From the NCBI GenBank assembly GCA_963664705.1, contig OY761556.1, forward strand, positions 2,816,001 to 2,880,000: a DNA stretch of 64,000 nt, written 5' to 3'. The position numbers and the translations under genes were made by a program. A model generated the notes under the pieces. That model was not told where the DNA came from. It saw only the letters and a list, made by a program, of their open reading frames with translations, and ran no database searches. Origin of the DNA: Acidobacteriota bacterium. GTDB taxonomy: Bacteria; Acidobacteriota; UBA6911. Shown piece after piece: positions 28,733 through 37,675 of the stretch. The stretch's first letter is position 1, and each line of letters starts with the position of its first letter.

Positions 28733-30367
28733 TTAAACGGCAGGTTCTTCCACCGGTACAGGTTGCTTTTGCTTGTCTTCAGCAGCGGCCTCCATGGAAA
28801 TCTCCGGAACACGGAGAATGAGCAGAAATGCAATCAGCATTGTAATAGCCCCGAGCAGAAACACGCTCTTCAGACCGGCAGCCATGGCGCTTCGGATCGC
28901 ATCCACCGTCTGCTCGAACAGCTCATTCCCCGCCCCTCCCGCCTTCCTGAAAGTCATTTCGAGCGTCTTCATCGCGGAGGGAGAGAGCAGGACCTTCGGA
29001 TCGCCCAGCGCGGCTATGGTGGCCTTGTCCGCGAACTGGCCCAATTCAGCCGGGAGCGACACCGCCAGTTTTTGAGCATAGGCCATATTATTTACGGACC
29101 CGAGAACGGCCGGCGCTATTGCAGTGCCCATCTGAAGATTAAAAAAGATCGCGCCCATGGCAACGCCCAGCAGTCTCTTGGGAACGGCATATTGAACCAC
29201 AAGCGTATTAATGGTCGGTATTGCGCCCAATCCAAAACCGGACACGGCAGCGGCAAGGAAACCTACGTATTGCGGAGTCTCTGCATCAAAAAAGATGATA
29301 GATGTGGTGACTATGGTGAGAAGTCCATAGCCGCAGACATACATCCACTTATACCTTTTCCACTTGGCCAGGGCAAACCCGGTTGGCACGCCAATAAAGG
29401 CCATCAGCACGGTATAGGGAGTAATGATGTGGCCGCTTCTCGTCGCACTGAGCCCCTGTACTCCCTGAAGAAACATCGGGTAGTACATCATCATCGCCGA
29501 CAGCCCGAAAAATGAGAGCATGCCCGCAGTGGCTACAAGGAGAAACGTCCGGTTGCGAAACACCTGGGGATCCATGATCGGTTCCGACGCCGTCCCTTCT
29601 GCACGGAAAAACAACACCCAGAAAATCAGTGCCGTGCCGAGCAGTCCGATGACCGGAAATGATCCCCACGGATAGGTTGTTCCTGCAAAAGATAAGCCAA
29701 TAATCGTCGCCGATGAGGCAATGGCAACAAGGATGGCCCCGCGAATGTCAATTTTGCGCCCGGCCTTTTTCTCAGTCTTTGGAATGCCTGCGGGAACAAG
29801 AAAAAGGCTCGCAATCAACAGCGGCACGCCCATCCAATACAGGTGACGCCAGCTATGATTATCGACGAACCATCCCCCCAGCGTGGGCCCAAACAAAGCC
29901 AGGATTCCGGTCGGTATATTGAGAAGCCCCACCCACTTGCTCCGCTTGCCAGGATCGGCAAACATATCGCCAAGCACCGAATAAACCAGAGGAAGAAGCG
30001 CACCCGACCCAAAACGCGCGAGCGTGTTGGCGGCAATCAGAAACGGAAACGTGGTGCTTATCGCACTCAGGATTGTTCCCGCCAGGTAAATGACCATTGA
30101 GATCAGAATGATAATTCGCCGGCCATACATATCTGAGAATTTGCTGAAGAGCAGGGTTACAAACGCAGCTGCCAGTCCGGGGATGGAGAGCGACCAGGAA
30201 TACCATGCCATTCCATTCAGGTCGGCTGCCATTCTCGGCCGGGCAATGCCGAGCGTTTGAATAAAGAAACTCATTGCGAAGGTCAACGCGAAAATCGTAA
30301 CTAACCCAAGGACAATCTGCCTGTGGCCAAATGCAGATTCCGACGCGGGCGGCGTAGGCTGTGGCAT
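28733..30367 (-). CDS. MFS drug/metabolite transporter, DHA2 (14-TM) type
   Basis: KFSDMYGRR, GPTLGGW..D..SWR, EPIM, P.FLQGVQG.SA..SG; AGGAG SD before ATG 30367. Confidence 0.88.
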   Translation of the reverse strand: MPQPTPPASESAFGHRQIVLGLVTIFALTFAMSFFIQTLGIARPRMAADLNGMAWYSWSLSIPGLAAAFVTLLFSKFSDMYGRRIIILISMVIYLAGTILSAISTTFPFLIAANTLARFGSGALLPLVYSVLGDMFADPGKRSKWVGLLNIPTGILALFGPTLGGWFVDNHSWRHLYWMGVPLLIASLFLVPAGIPKTEKKAGRKIDIRGAILVAIASSATIIGLSFAGTTYPWGSFPVIGLLGTALIFWVLFFRAEGTASEPIMDPQVFRNRTFLLVATAGMLSFFGLSAMMMYYPMFLQGVQGLSATRSGHIITPYTVLMAFIGVPTGFALAKWKRYKWMYVCGYGLLTIVTTSIIFFDAETPQYVGFLAAAVSGFGLGAIPTINTLVVQYAVPKRLLGVAMGAIFFNLQMGTAIAPAVLGSVNNMAYAQKLAVSLPAELGQFADKATIAALGDPKVLLSPSAMKTLEMTFRKAGGAGNELFEQTVDAIRSAMAAGLKSVFLLGAITMLIAFLLILRVPEISMEAAAEDKQKQPVPVEEPAV

Positions 30368-30435
30368 GCTTAGCTCCTGTTTTGGGAAAACGGTTGCAGC
30401 CTTTGTCTCATCAGTGAGTGCCCTGCCGCAACAAA

Positions 30436-30510
30436 AAAACGCCACAAATCGTACAAATTTCACAAATGCCGGTTCGGGCTTTGTGGAATTCATACCATTC
30501 GTGGCGTTTT
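30436..30510. repeat. Degenerate nonamer-family inverted repeat
   Basis: AAAACGCCACAAAT...ATTCGTGGCGTTTT with internal 9-nt periodicity. Confidence 0.7.
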
Positions 30511-30532
30511 AAACAATCGGCTAAAATCAACC

Positions 30533-31918
30533 CTACTTCTTGTACCAGCCGTCTTCCTTGATCGCAGCAAGAATTGCCCGAAGGTTTTCCAGCTTGGGGT
30601 TATCGGCCACTGCGCCGGCTGACATGATATATCCGCCGCCGGGAGCGCAATCCTCAATCAGCTTTTTGCAATAGTCCTTTGTTGCTTCCGGAGTCCCCGT
30701 AACAATAAGCGAGGATGGAATGTTGCCTTGAATCGCGCACTTGCTGCCGAGGATTTTCTTTGCCTTCGCCATATCGGTTTTGTCGAAGTACCAGCAGACC
30801 GTGCCCTTTTCAAATTCATTGACCGTTTCCAGTCTCGAGTTGTATCCGCCCTCGGCAAACATGTTCTGAATGAGCCCTTCCTTGATCAGCGCATCCATAA
30901 CCTTCTTCAACGACGGCCAGTAGAAGGTCTCGAACTGCTTCTGGGACATCCATCCGTCCGCCCCTTTGTGCAAGGGATAGGTCACCATAAAAATGTTCTG
31001 TACGCTCGGGGAGGAGAGGATCGACTTGATTGTAAAATCAGCGACCACATCGCATGCTTCCAGCAATTTCTCCGGACGACGGTACATATCTTTCAGGATC
31101 GGCGCTGTCCCGCGCAGAGTATCCCCGATCGTGTCGAACGGGGCTTTACAGAAGGCTCCGAAGGCGACAGGATAGCCGTTAGACATCCCCGATGGCCCGG
31201 AAGAAGCCATGGCTTTGAAGTATGACTGATATTCCTTGCCGACATCCATCAGCGTCTGCAGCATCTTCTGCCCTTCAGGCGTGGCAAATGGCGCGAACTG
31301 ACCCATGTTCACGATTTCAACCAAGTCCGTTGCGGGCCGGAACATCTGCATCGGCTCCAATGCGCCAAATACGCGAGGCAGATATTTCCGCATGAAGAAA
31401 TCTGAAGGATCCAGGATAAGGTCATCATATTCCTCCGCCTTCATATACTCGGCTTCCATGAACTGCACGGAACTGACATTCTCACCCAGGTTGTGGCCCG
31501 GCCAGGAATACAGCCGGTAGTCCAGCATCTCCATGACTCGGCCGGGTGTAATCCACGGGCTCGTCCAGTGCTCCAGTTCTTCTGAATATTCCTCGTTGAA
31601 TTTCCTGCAGGCGGCTATTGCTTTGTCGTAATCATACAGGGCTGTGCGGTAGTTGATGCCGTATTGAATGTACGGCAGGTTCCCCACCGGAAGGATCAAG
31701 GGCACACGATCCGGCACCTGCACGTTGTAGACATCCACAAGTCTTTGTGCCCTGACTTTGTAATCGTTTTTCGCCTTTTCGCTTACAAATTGAATGCTCT
31801 TCGGATTGAGGAAATTATTCAGTCTCCACGCCCGCTTCTGCTCAGACGTGAGCTGTGCCCAATCGCCAGGCAAGCCTGCCTGCTGCTGATTCGCGACAGC
31901 GCCCAAAAGCGATCCCAT
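30533..31918 (-). CDS. Uroporphyrinogen decarboxylase-fold protein (corrinoid methyltransferase-like)
   Basis: PDRVP, APFD.IGD.LRG, HKGADGWMS..QFE.FYWP, FAEG, GGGYI and ENL motifs. Confidence 0.85.
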   Translation of the reverse strand: MGSLLGAVANQQQAGLPGDWAQLTSEQKRAWRLNNFLNPKSIQFVSEKAKNDYKVRAQRLVDVYNVQVPDRVPLILPVGNLPYIQYGINYRTALYDYDKAIAACRKFNEEYSEELEHWTSPWITPGRVMEMLDYRLYSWPGHNLGENVSSVQFMEAEYMKAEEYDDLILDPSDFFMRKYLPRVFGALEPMQMFRPATDLVEIVNMGQFAPFATPEGQKMLQTLMDVGKEYQSYFKAMASSGPSGMSNGYPVAFGAFCKAPFDTIGDTLRGTAPILKDMYRRPEKLLEACDVVADFTIKSILSSPSVQNIFMVTYPLHKGADGWMSQKQFETFYWPSLKKVMDALIKEGLIQNMFAEGGYNSRLETVNEFEKGTVCWYFDKTDMAKAKKILGSKCAIQGNIPSSLIVTGTPEATKDYCKKLIEDCAPGGGYIMSAGAVADNPKLENLRAILAAIKEDGWYKK

Positions 31919-32032
31919 AGATTTCTCCTGTTGAATGAAGCAATTGTTTAATCAGCCGGCTATGTCGATAATTGGCTTTATCGGGCGATTATATCACCGA
32001 CCATGAAGAATTGACGATGAACGAATAAAACT

Positions 32033-32602
32033 TCAACCGACCTCCCGATATCGAAAACAGCCCACCAGATGATCGTTGACCATGCCCGTCGCCTGCATAT
32101 GGGAATAAACAATCGTTGAGCCCACGAACTTGAATCCGCGCTGCTTCATGTCACGACTGATTTTGTCCGACTCAGGGGAAGTGGCGGGAATATCGGCTAA
32201 AGTCCGGAATCGGTTTCGAACCGGCTTCCCACCCAGAAAATCCCAGATGTATCGATCGAATGATCCAAACTCCTTCTGTACGGCCAGGAATCTCTGTGCA
32301 TTTGTAATAGCGGCCTCGAGCTTCAACCGATTCCGTATGATTCCCGCATCCGATAGAAGCCGTTCGAGGTCTTGCTGCCCAAACGCCGCGACCGTCTCTG
32401 GCTTAAAGCCGCGAAATGCAGCCCGAAAATTTTCTCTTTTGCGGAGAACCGTAGCCCAACTCAGCCCCGCCTGCATTCCCTCCAACACCAGGAATTCATA
32501 GATCTTACGGTCATCGTGAAGAGGCACGCCCCATTCCGTGTCGTGATATTCGACCATCAGGGGATCCTTGCCGGCCCAGGCGCATCGCTTAATCTCGCTC
32601 AT
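32033..32602 (-). CDS. tag: DNA-3-methyladenine glycosylase I
   Basis: RC.W, YHDTEWG, LE..QAGLSW, IIRNRLK, GFKFVG, G.VNDH...C. Confidence 0.95.
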   Translation of the reverse strand: MSEIKRCAWAGKDPLMVEYHDTEWGVPLHDDRKIYEFLVLEGMQAGLSWATVLRKRENFRAAFRGFKPETVAAFGQQDLERLLSDAGIIRNRLKLEAAITNAQRFLAVQKEFGSFDRYIWDFLGGKPVRNRFRTLADIPATSPESDKISRDMKQRGFKFVGSTIVYSHMQATGMVNDHLVGCFRYREVG

Positions 32603-32763
32603 TCGCCCAGAATACACCCTAAACTTCGGGGGCGGGCCTGAAAAAATGAAAGAGCAAAAATCGTGAAAAACAGGGTCAGACCCCGATTTTCAATGAAACC
32701 GAAATTCTAATTGGATCGTACCTGTATGGATATAAGCAGGACTTTTGTTAAAGGAGAAAAGGC

Positions 32764-33150
32764 ATGAAAGTTTGCACAATTGCGGCGGCATTGTTGCTGC
32801 TACTGACTGGTTTGGCTTATGGAGCGGATATTGACGGCACCTGGGCCGGAACAATTCAAGGCCCTGATGGCGGCCAGGGATTTCCCATCAGCTATACATT
32901 CAAGGCCGATGGAGCGACTCTGACCGGAACGATGCCGGGCATGCCCGGACCGGATGGTACTCCCGGAAAACCGATCGCCATCAAAGACGGCAAAATCAAC
33001 GGCAACAACATTTCATTTGTCGTTGTAATGGACATGATGGGCCAGGAAATGAAAATGGAATACAAAGGAGTTCTATCCGGCGATACGCTCAAGCTAAGCA
33101 TGGATGCAATGGGTACGCCGATGGAATTCACGCTGAAAAAAGCGAAGTAG
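32764..33150 (+). CDS. Exported hypothetical protein (small beta-rich domain)
   Basis: AAGGAG SD, signal peptide AYG-A, IDGTW.G, TF...G..LTG, I.DGKI.G..ISF. Confidence 0.75.
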   Translation: MKVCTIAAALLLLLTGLAYGADIDGTWAGTIQGPDGGQGFPISYTFKADGATLTGTMPGMPGPDGTPGKPIAIKDGKINGNNISFVVVMDMMGQEMKMEYKGVLSGDTLKLSMDAMGTPMEFTLKKAK

Positions 33151-33224
33151 GCAAAATTTACCGAATTCGTGGATTTGGTGGCGGCACGATCCGCCACCAA
33201 TTTCATGCGCTTGCAAAGCAAAAA

Positions 33225-33722
33225 CTAAAAGAAGTTATCCCGGATAGTCTGGCGGCGCAGCCGCTGTCGCTGTTCGGGAGTCAATTGCTGCCACAATCGA
33301 AAGTTCTCCAAAAGGCGGGCTCGTTTCGCCGGATCCATCCGCAGGAATCGTCGATAGATATTCCGCAACTCCTGCTGCCTTGCTAATGGCAGAGCTCGAA
33401 ACCTCAAGTAATTCCTCTCCAGCCTCAACCTCTGTGAGGACCCCAGCTTCCGATACGCGCCATAGTTCTCCAGAATCATCTCCCTATCCTGGCGGCTCAT
33501 TTTACGCAACTGTTCCTGATAGCCACGGATAACCCGCTGCTCTTCAGGCGGCAGTTTCCGGAATGCCTGGTAACGCTCCCGCAAAGTCTCTCTCTGTTCC
33601 CGGGTCAGATTGTTCCATACCTCTTCGGGAGAAGCCTGTGGCTCCTGTGCCTGGGAAACTGCAGTCACGCAGAGGAACGCCAGGAAGAGGATGCTGAGAA
33701 TGACATCTGTGCGGCTCTTCAT
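33225..33722 (-). CDS. DUF3106-like exported Arg-rich helical repeat protein
   Basis: Signal peptide, then W/F-x-x-L-[TPS]-x-E-[QR] repeats; ATGA overlap with the upstream gene. Confidence 0.82.
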   Translation of the reverse strand: MKSRTDVILSILFLAFLCVTAVSQAQEPQASPEEVWNNLTREQRETLRERYQAFRKLPPEEQRVIRGYQEQLRKMSRQDREMILENYGAYRKLGSSQRLRLERNYLRFRALPLARQQELRNIYRRFLRMDPAKRARLLENFRLWQQLTPEQRQRLRRQTIRDNFF

Positions 33723-34027
33723 TTTTTCTTCTTCTCTTCTTTTTTGGTTTGTTTCGTACCCGATTTGGGCTTGCTCTCGGCCGAATCATCCGACGACGCG
33801 AACAGATCGAAATACCGATATTTCTCAAAATCCTGCAACAATTCGAGATTTTCCAGCAATTCCCTATCCTTCAGGATTTCCTTTTCCTCTTCGGTCAGGA
33901 CCACCTTTTGAGCCGGAGCCTCCTTCGGTTTCTGAAAAGCCGGAAGCGGGCCGGCCACGAGGACCATGGCCAAAATTCCGAAAAGCCGCTTCAGCAGATT
34001 ATTTCCAGCAAAGCCGGCATTCAACAT
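33719..34027 (-). CDS. Small exported protein carrying an anti-sigma-tail-like acidic motif
   Basis: GGAG SD, signal peptide, DRELLENLELLQDFE motif, Lys-rich tail; inside the sigma operon. Confidence 0.7.
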   Translation of the reverse strand: MLNAGFAGNNLLKRLFGILAMVLVAGPLPAFQKPKEAPAQKVVLTEEEKEILKDRELLENLELLQDFEKYRYFDLFASSDDSAESKPKSGTKQTKKEEKKKK

Positions 34028-34037
34028 AGGGCTCCGA

Positions 34038-34529
34038 TCAATTGAGCTTCTTTTCGTGAATCAGCTGCGGCAGGTTTTCAATCGTGTCAAAATCCTCTAG
34101 CAAATCCAGATTGTTGACCACAGCCATGTCCTGCAGCAGCGGAAGGTCCTGAGCTATCTGAATATCATTCATGGATGAGGCCCGCTCCGGCCCGACATCC
34201 GGTCGCTTTAGGACCAGGATGCCGGCGAAAATAATGGACGCCAGCGCACCGGCAGCTACAAGCTGTCGCGGGATCCCCCATTGTCTAATCCGGCGCCACC
34301 ACGGTTTTGGCCTGGCGTTCAGTTTAGCCTGGAACCGGGCGGAAAAATCCGCGGAAGGCTCGAGGCTGACATCCAGCGCCGGCAGGAGTTCCACCCACTC
34401 CGAAGGTGACAGGACAGCACGGCAATCCGCGCATGCGGCATAGTGAGCTCGGACCGCCCGAGCTTCTCCGCCGCTCAGTTCTCCGTTATGCACAAGTTCA
34501 AATCTCTCACGAGCCTCTTTGCAGTTCAT
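34038..34529 (-). CDS. Zinc-finger (zf-HC2/ZAS) transmembrane anti-sigma factor
   Basis: MNC...H-x3-C-x2-C (HYAACADC), single TM, acidic periplasmic tail; ATGA overlap with the sigma gene. Confidence 0.88.
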   Translation of the reverse strand: MNCKEARERFELVHNGELSGGEARAVRAHYAACADCRAVLSPSEWVELLPALDVSLEPSADFSARFQAKLNARPKPWWRRIRQWGIPRQLVAAGALASIIFAGILVLKRPDVGPERASSMNDIQIAQDLPLLQDMAVVNNLDLLEDFDTIENLPQLIHEKKLN

Positions 34530-35176
34530 TGGTGTAAAAGCTCGGGCATCAAGGGTTTCAGCCTTTCCGCCAGAGTCTCCTTTGCTCTATGGATCAGCGA
34601 TTTCACCGCTTTCTCGCTGGTTTTCATAATCTCGGCAATCTCCAAATAGGAAAGCTCCTGGTATTTGCACAAAATAAAGGCCGTTCGCTGGCTCTCAGGA
34701 ATCTGGTCCAACGCTCCCCGCAGTGCATCGGCAATAGCTTGTCTTTCCAGTATTCGCTCCGGGCCGCTGACCGCAAAGGCACCGGATGCAAAGCCTGCTT
34801 CCGGCTCCTTTTCAACGGACAGCGACCGATGCTCCGCGCGGAAGTGGGGTTTGCGCACTTCATTCAGGCAGACATTGGTCGCGATCCTGTAAAGCCAGGT
34901 AGTAAATCTGGACTTTACCGTGTAGCTGGCGGCGCTTTCATATACACGCAAAAACACCTCCTGCGCGAGCTCTTCCGCCACGCGCCGGTCCCGTACAAAT
35001 CGATAGGCAAAGTTGATCATGGATCGGGTGTACCGGTCAAATAAGCGATCAAACGCAACCGTATCCCCTTCCTTGAACCGCAGCATCAACCGCGCATCTT
35101 CGTCGCAGACCTCCGGAGCGTCCTCTTCAACCATGTGCATCCCCAGGCACCCGTCCAGGATACTTTCGGATTCCAT
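34526..35176 (-). CDS. ECF sigma factor
   Basis: AEELAQEVF, F.TWLYRIA.N, LSY.EIA, S..AVKSLIHRA; GAGG SD. Confidence 0.95.
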   Translation of the reverse strand: MESESILDGCLGMHMVEEDAPEVCDEDARLMLRFKEGDTVAFDRLFDRYTRSMINFAYRFVRDRRVAEELAQEVFLRVYESAASYTVKSRFTTWLYRIATNVCLNEVRKPHFRAEHRSLSVEKEPEAGFASGAFAVSGPERILERQAIADALRGALDQIPESQRTAFILCKYQELSYLEIAEIMKTSEKAVKSLIHRAKETLAERLKPLMPELLHQ

Positions 35177-35206
35177 ATACCCTACCTCGATAATATCCCA
35201 ATTCCG

Positions 35207-35235
35207 TTAAACACCAGGTCGCCAAAAAAGTTCCG
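35207..35235 (-). promoter_or_regulatory. ECF-type promoter CGGAACTTTT-N11-GTGTTTAA for the sigma operon
   Basis: GAACTT-N16-TTTAA spacing; same consensus as the divergent promoter. Confidence 0.75.
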
Positions 35236-35266
35236 CATAAGGACAAAATAAACAAGGCGACGGATC

Positions 35267-35295
35267 CGGAACTTTTGGGGAACCGTCGTGTTTGA
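35267..35295 (+). promoter_or_regulatory. ECF-type promoter CGGAACTTTT-N11-GTGTTTGA for the divergent repeat-protein gene
   Basis: GAACTT-N16-TTTGA; twin of the 35207-35235 element. Confidence 0.75.
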
Positions 35296-35332
35296 ACCAT
35301 CGAATGCACGATCACGAAAAAGGAGAGACGAT

Positions 35333-35647
35333 ATGGCAGCAAAAATGTTCATTTCAGGGCTCATGATAGGCGGAGCATTGCTGATGGGAACGGGAATGGC
35401 CAGTGCAGGAGAAATACGGCGCGATGTTCGGGAAATCCGAAGAGACAACCGGGAAATCCGGATGGATCGAAGAGAGATCCACAGCGATAAGGTCGAACTA
35501 AGGCAGGACCAGAGACAAGGGGCACCCCGCTCCGAAATCCGGAGTGACAAACGGGACCTGCGACGGGACACGCGGGATCTGAACAGGGATAAGGCGGACC
35601 GCCGCCAGGATGTTCGGGAACTCCGTCACGATCTCCGCACCCGCTAG
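35333..35647 (+). CDS. Exported heptad-repeat (Arg/Asp-rich) protein
   Basis: AAGGAG SD, signal peptide ASA-G, about ten [ED]-[IL]-R-x-D-x-R heptads. Confidence 0.8.
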   Translation: MAAKMFISGLMIGGALLMGTGMASAGEIRRDVREIRRDNREIRMDRREIHSDKVELRQDQRQGAPRSEIRSDKRDLRRDTRDLNRDKADRRQDVRELRHDLRTR

Positions 35648-35653
35648 GAGCGT

Positions 35654-35726
35654 TGAATACGCGGAATATGCAGACCGGCACCGCAGTGGAGCCGCCTGAG
35701 CGTATTCCGCGTACTCCGGCATATTC
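35654..35726. repeat. Nonamer-periodic inverted repeat (GAATACGCGGAATATGC / GCGTATTCCGCGTACTC)
   Basis: Read directly; lies just after the 35647 stop. Confidence 0.7.
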
Positions 35727-35793
35727 CAAGGTCAATCCGCAGCGTATTTTGCCTTAAATTTTCCCTCCGAAGCTGGTACAATCCCGCCCTCCA

Positions 35794-37611
35794 ATGACGA
35801 CGACAAGGCATCACAACTACGACGAAGACAAAATAAAATCCCTCTCGTCTCTCGAGCACATCCGCAAGAGGACAGGGATGTATATCGGTCGCGTCGGCGA
35901 CGGAACAGACTACGATGACGGCATTTATGTCCTGCTAAAGGAAATCGTCGATAATGCCGTCGATGAATACATCATGGGTTTCGGCGAAAGGGTGGCCATT
36001 ACGCTCGAAGGACCCAGGATAACCGTGCGCGATTTCGGTCGGGGCATCCCTCTTGGAAAGGTGGTCGAATGCGTCTCGCGCATCAATACCGGCGCCAAGT
36101 ACAGCGACGAAGTCTTCCAGTTCAGCGTCGGGTTGAATGGCATTGGAACCAAGGCCGTTAACGCCCTCTCGAGCAGTTTCGAGGTGTGCAGCTATCGAGG
36201 CGGCGAATTTGCCGGCGCAATCTTTGAAAAAGGAAAGCTTCTTGAAGAGCCGAAGGGCAGAAAGGAAGGCGAGCCGGACGGAACCTTCGTCAGCTTCAAA
36301 CCGGATCCGGAGATCTTTGGAGAGGTCGTCTTTTCGCCGGATCACGTCGAACGAAGGCTTCGCCTTTATTCTTTCCTGAATACCGGGCTTCGCATTGAGT
36401 ACAACGGCAAGCTCTTTTTCTCGCGCAACGGGCTTCTGGACCTGCTGAAGGACGAAGTAGGCGATGAAGCACTTTATCCTCCGCTCCATTATCAGTCCAA
36501 AACGCTGGAGCTCGCACTTACTCACACGCAGCGCTTTGAGGAAACCTTTCTGTCTTTCGTCAACGGTCAATACACCAGCGACGGCGGTTCACACCTGAGC
36601 GCATTTCGCGAAGGCCTGGTAAAAGGCTTCAACGAATACTCCAAGGGTAAGTTCGAAGGGGACGACATCCGGGAGGGGATGGCAGGCTCCATAGCCGTCC
36701 GCCTTCAGGAACCGGTCTTTGAGTCTCAAACCAAGAACAAGCTCGGCAACACGGAATTGCGCGGCGGATGGGTCACCCAGGTGCGAGATATCGTCGTTGA
36801 CCTGCTGCATCGGAATCCCAAAGCCGCCGAAATTGCGCTTGCCAAAATAGAGGAAACCGTCAAGCTGCGCCGGGAACTGCAGTCGATCAAGAAGATGGCT
36901 CGAGAGCGGGCGCGTGCAACGTCTTTGCGGGTTCCACAGCTCAAGGACTGCAAAGTCCACTACAACAAACGCAACGGCAACGGCTCCGATTCGATGCTTT
37001 TCATTACCGAAGGACAGTCCGCCGCAGGTTCGATCGTCAGTTGCCGCGACGTAAATTGCCAGGCAATTTTCACAATGCGTGGAAAACCGCTGAATGTCTG
37101 CGACCTCCAGCGGGATGTAATGTACAAAAACGAGGAACTCTATAACCTGATGCGGAGCCTCGATATCGAAGACACGCCGGAGCGCCTGCGCTATAAGAAA
37201 ATCATCCTGGCCACCGACGCCGACGTGGATGGCCTGCACATTCGCAACCTGCTCCTGACATTTTTTCTGCGCTTTTTCGAACCGGTTGTACACGACGGCT
37301 ATATTCACATACTCGAAACACCTCTGTTTCGCGTTCGCAATGCGAAGAAAACGATCTATTGCTACTCCGAGGAGGAGCGGGATGCGGCCATGCGCGAACT
37401 TCGCAGTCCCGAAGTCACGCGTTTCAAAGGGCTGGGTGAAATTTCTCCCAGCGAATTCAAGCGATTCATCGGACCGGAAATGAGATTGACCCCGGTTCGG
37501 CTGGCAAACCGACATAGCGTGCCAGCCATTCTCGGCTTTTACATGGGCCGCAATACTCCGGAACGCCGCCAATACATCATGAATCACCTGGTAGTGGAGG
37601 CAGAACCGTAA
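35794..37611 (+). CDS. parE: DNA topoisomerase IV subunit B (short type IIA B subunit)
   Basis: EIVDNAVDE, D.GRGIP, GLNGIG, FESQTK.KL, EGQSA, RGK.LN, DADVDG, RFKGLGE. Confidence 0.88.
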   Translation: MTTTRHHNYDEDKIKSLSSLEHIRKRTGMYIGRVGDGTDYDDGIYVLLKEIVDNAVDEYIMGFGERVAITLEGPRITVRDFGRGIPLGKVVECVSRINTGAKYSDEVFQFSVGLNGIGTKAVNALSSSFEVCSYRGGEFAGAIFEKGKLLEEPKGRKEGEPDGTFVSFKPDPEIFGEVVFSPDHVERRLRLYSFLNTGLRIEYNGKLFFSRNGLLDLLKDEVGDEALYPPLHYQSKTLELALTHTQRFEETFLSFVNGQYTSDGGSHLSAFREGLVKGFNEYSKGKFEGDDIREGMAGSIAVRLQEPVFESQTKNKLGNTELRGGWVTQVRDIVVDLLHRNPKAAEIALAKIEETVKLRRELQSIKKMARERARATSLRVPQLKDCKVHYNKRNGNGSDSMLFITEGQSAAGSIVSCRDVNCQAIFTMRGKPLNVCDLQRDVMYKNEELYNLMRSLDIEDTPERLRYKKIILATDADVDGLHIRNLLLTFFLRFFEPVVHDGYIHILETPLFRVRNAKKTIYCYSEEERDAAMRELRSPEVTRFKGLGEISPSEFKRFIGPEMRLTPVRLANRHSVPAILGFYMGRNTPERRQYIMNHLVVEAEP

Positions 37612-37675
37612 TAGATATCAGGCGCAATCCGAGAAAAACAGGTAGGCGAATGGGACGTCCCCGATTTATCAGGCT

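Noticed and set aside
30368-30493. N-terminal extension of the DHA2 MFS ORF
   Set aside because: It translates the intergenic nonamer repeat; an SD supports ATG 30367. Similar over-extended starts were trimmed for several other ORFs.
35182-35735. Minus-strand Ser/Arg-rich ORFs
   Set aside because: Antisense reading of the heptad-repeat gene, which has an SD, a signal peptide and a promoter.
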